The position numbers and the translations under genes are program-made. The notes under the pieces were generated by a model. That model ran no database searches. It was not told where the DNA came from and saw only the letters and a program-made list of their open reading frames with translations. Of a stretch of 29,278 nucleotides of DNA, positions 26,795 to 29,278 are shown piece by piece. This stretch comes from Candidatus Thorarchaeota archaeon (GTDB taxonomy: Archaea > Asgardarchaeota > Thorarchaeia > Thorarchaeales > Thorarchaeaceae): contig JBHLQM010000008.1 in NCBI GenBank assembly GCA_048884785.1, positions 1 through 29,278 on the forward strand, given 5' to 3'. The stretch's first letter is position 1; the number at the start of each line of letters is the position of its first letter.

Positions 26795-27258
26795 CACTCC
26801 TCTCTCTCTGGGAATGGTTGCTCCCTCCATATTCGTAATGCTTCATGCCATAAAACAATACAGACTGAAATCAAAAGTGCAAGAAGGATGAATGAATACC
26901 ATTCGAAAAACTGCCACAGCATGGTAGTTAATGCGGCAGTTACTGAAGTATAGAAGGTTGCATAGAATAGGAATCTTGGCACCATCACTCTTCCTTTCCC
27001 TACAAAGAGTTTTAGCACTCCGACCCGCACATCTCGTTTGATAGTGTATTGCCCATGGACATCTTTGTTTACTAGACCCAACTGCTTTAGTTTTTCAAGA
27101 TGATGCATTGATAGCGATGGACTGGAGAGATTCGCTCCACGTTGTATCTCTCGTGCTGTCATAGGTGTGGGGTGTCTAAGCATGTACCAGTATACTCGAA
27201 GAGTCTTGCCTTTGAGCTCCCGTGTAAGTTCTTCTTCCGAGGATTCCTCATCAGGCAA
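26794..27258 (-). CDS. ArsR-like wHTH regulator with two C-terminal TM helices
   Basis: LKGKTLRVYWYML..TAREIQRGANLSSPSLSMHHLEKLKQLGLV, then two hydrophobic helices; TTG start after GGAGGAG. Confidence 0.85.
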   Translation of the reverse strand: MPDEESSEEELTRELKGKTLRVYWYMLRHPTPMTAREIQRGANLSSPSLSMHHLEKLKQLGLVNKDVHGQYTIKRDVRVGVLKLFVGKGRVMVPRFLFYATFYTSVTAALTTMLWQFFEWYSFILLALLISVCIVLWHEALRIWREQPFPEREE

Positions 27259-27476
27259 TGAAACTGCTCCTCCAGCGCTTTCTTGCAGAACAAATATAAT
27301 GACTTGCCTTTAACTGTGCTCATTGCCCCGTCTGTCAATAATGAGGCCTGCAAGGCAATGCTAAAATAGCTGGGGGTGAGCCCAAGGTCAGCCTGACCGG
27401 CATTATCCTGGACAATGTTCGAGACAATGTGTATAGAGTTCAAATCTGTCGCAGCGGCTCGAGGAGACCCTAAGCG

Positions 27477-27827
27477 ATGTCAACAGCGCGCAAGCCAATA
27501 ACACCAAAACCCCCCCGCACCAGACAGAAAGTACTTGTCATACTGCAGGAACAGTGCAAGCAGTGTGAACTTTGCATAGCATTCTGCCCAAAGAAGGTAT
27601 TGTGCTTTGATGAAACCAAGTACAATCGAAAAGGCTACCATCCTGTTACGGCATGCGATCTCGATGCGTGTGTGAATTGCGGTTTCTGTGAGATGATTTG
27701 CCCAGACATGGCTATTTTTCTGGCAGAGAGAGAAGAAGCAGAAGAAGCGTACAAAAAGGGCGCATTGGATGAAGGAACCCTGATTCCTGAGTATATGGGC
27801 AAGGGTACTGTTGAGGGGGAGAAATAG
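27477..27827 (+). CDS. korD: 2-oxoacid:ferredoxin oxidoreductase delta subunit (2x[4Fe-4S])
   Basis: CKQCELCIAFCP..NRKGYHP..CVNCGFCEMICPDMAI; GAGGAG RBS; abuts the alpha subunit gene. Confidence 0.85.
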   Translation: MSTARKPITPKPPRTRQKVLVILQEQCKQCELCIAFCPKKVLCFDETKYNRKGYHPVTACDLDACVNCGFCEMICPDMAIFLAEREEAEEAYKKGALDEGTLIPEYMGKGTVEGEK

Positions 27828-28964
27828 ATGCCGGAACGAGTCATGTTCACAATGGGTGATATTGCCTGTGCTGAGGGAGCACTTAGTGCCGGATGCAGGT
27901 ACTTTGGAGGATACCCAATCACTCCTGCAACTGAAATAGCAGAATGGATGGCACTACGAATGCCTGAGATAGGAGGGGCATATGTCCAGTACGAAGATGA
28001 AATCGCATCCATAACCAGTGTTATTGGAGCGTCTTGGACTGGTGTAAAGTCCATGACCGCCACATCAGGACCAGGCGTAAGTCTGATGCTCGAAGCGATT
28101 GGCCTTGCAGTAATGACTGAAACCCCACTCGTTCTCGTCAATATCATGCGCGGAGGTCCAAGCACTGGTCAACCTACAAAAGGTCAGCAAGGAGATATCA
28201 TGCAGGCAAAATGGGGCAGTCATGGCGATTACCAAATCATTGCACTAACCCCTGCGTCAGTACAGGAGATGTTTGACCAGACTGTGCAAGCCTTCAACCT
28301 ATCAGAGAAATATAGGACTCCAGTCTTTATTCTAGCGGACGAGATTGTCGGTCATATGCGGGAGAAACTCGTTATACCGGATGAAAAAGATCTAAAACTC
28401 GTATACAGGAAGCTACCAACTGGTCCCCCCGAGGACTACCTCCCCTTCAAGGCTGGTGATGACCTTGTTCCACCAATGGCCTTACTTGGGTCAAAATACC
28501 AATTCTATGCTACAGGACTAACACACGATGAACGAGGATATCCGAGTGATAAGGAGGATATCCAGATTGACCTTGTTACACGGCTCAATGATAAGATTCT
28601 GAAGAATGCAGACGATATCATTGACTTAGAACGGTTCATGCTTGATGATGCGGAAATTGCTGTGATTGCATATGGAACGCCATCAAGAAGTGCACGGAAA
28701 GCAATCAAAGATGCAAGAGCCGAGGGTATCAAGGCAGGAATGCTCAGATTGAAAACTGTCTGGCCATTTCCAGAAAGGGCAGTCGCCCATCTTGGGACTG
28801 AAGTTAAGCATATCATTGTTGCCGAGCAGAATCTCGGGCAGGCATACCATATGATTCGAGCAGCCGCCGCTCCGACCCCCATACATTTGATGACCAAGCC
28901 CGCGGGAATGCCGCAACTTCCAAACGAGATTCTTGCGAAAATCAGAGAAGTCAAATCAATGTGA
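27828..28964 (+). CDS. korA: 2-oxoacid:ferredoxin oxidoreductase alpha subunit (KorA/OorA type)
   Basis: GYPITPATEI, EDEIAS, TATSGPG, MRGGPSTGQPT, GLTHDERGYP, VWPFP; substrate specificity not determinable. Confidence 0.92.
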   Translation: MPERVMFTMGDIACAEGALSAGCRYFGGYPITPATEIAEWMALRMPEIGGAYVQYEDEIASITSVIGASWTGVKSMTATSGPGVSLMLEAIGLAVMTETPLVLVNIMRGGPSTGQPTKGQQGDIMQAKWGSHGDYQIIALTPASVQEMFDQTVQAFNLSEKYRTPVFILADEIVGHMREKLVIPDEKDLKLVYRKLPTGPPEDYLPFKAGDDLVPPMALLGSKYQFYATGLTHDERGYPSDKEDIQIDLVTRLNDKILKNADDIIDLERFMLDDAEIAVIAYGTPSRSARKAIKDARAEGIKAGMLRLKTVWPFPERAVAHLGTEVKHIIVAEQNLGQAYHMIRAAAAPTPIHLMTKPAGMPQLPNEILAKIREVKSM

Positions 28965-29075
28965 TAGCGTCGGTCTATAGACTACGAATCATGAGATTCG
29001 AATTACATTCTAGAAATTTAATGTGCTCCAACTCAACCGGACAATGGGCTCTAGCGTTAAACTTACAAACAATCT

Positions 29076-29278
29076 ATGGCCACTCTCAATATGGTTTCAT
29101 CCTCCGAAGACCACCGGTCAATTGAGTGGTATCTTTTTGAACATCCGAAACCACACATAGGAAAGACTAGCCTGCTACAGAAAGGCCTAATTTGCAGTCA
29201 GGATGGGGGTTCTGCAGACCTTTGTGAGGAAGGACTAGGATTCGGAGTTCCTGTGCTTCAACTGAAAAGGGATTTTGT
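29076..29278 (+). CDS. 5' part of a hypothetical protein (…KTSLLQKGLIC…LCEEGLGFGVPVLQ…) running off the window
   Basis: Frame open from ATG 29076 (or 29091) to the window edge; protein-like composition; does not resemble a KorB N-terminus. Confidence 0.6.
   Translation, partial: MATLNMVSSSEDHRSIEWYLFEHPKPHIGKTSLLQKGLICSQDGGSADLCEEGLGFGVPVLQLKRDF

Noticed and set aside
27388-27421. Minus-strand GAACATTGTCCAGGATAATGCCGGTCAGG resembles the 3' half of a TPP riboswitch
   Set aside because: No CUGAGA or CCUGAU core, P4/P5 pairing is broken, and it is on the opposite strand to korDA; an Infernal search would settle it
27433-27458. GAGTTCAAATC tRNA T-loop-like sequence
   Set aside because: No 5-bp T stem, acceptor stem or D/anticodon arms can be built

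Overview
Archaeal chromosomal window: GGTGA/GGAGG ribosome-binding sites, TATA-type promoters and archaeal-type protein families. The gene repertoire suggests an Asgard archaeon, possibly Thorarchaeia-like, but that assignment is inference. The window is dominated by a heterodisulfide reductase (Hdr) cluster: two ~1000-1150 aa double-flavin HdrA genes (one fused to MvhD) and three separate hdrC-hdrB pairs of two HdrB types, in four transcription units, with no hydrogenase, Fdh, Flx or Mcr gene in view. Interspersed are a DUF2096-like gene, two radical SAM genes each divergent from an hdr operon, a PAS/GAF histidine kinase, a membrane-bound degenerate (pseudo)kinase, a tandem Lrp-like regulator, two membrane-tethered wHTH regulators each next to a surface protein, a GNAT, an ArsB/NhaD/SLC13-type transporter and korD-korA. 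Main observations beyond the ORF track: (1) a shared palindromic site, ACTTAACwwTGTwAA, at identical 25-nt spacing from a TATA-like box upstream of both hdrA1 and hdrC2B2; (2) an unannotated 41-aa ORF with its own promoter; (3) a probable ATC start codon; (4) a Cys-rich overlapping ORF; (5) an acidic surface protein resembling eukaryotic ComC-type supersandwich proteins. No rRNA, tRNA, CRISPR array or mobile element was seen. Several ORF-track starts were moved to RBS- or homology-supported codons.
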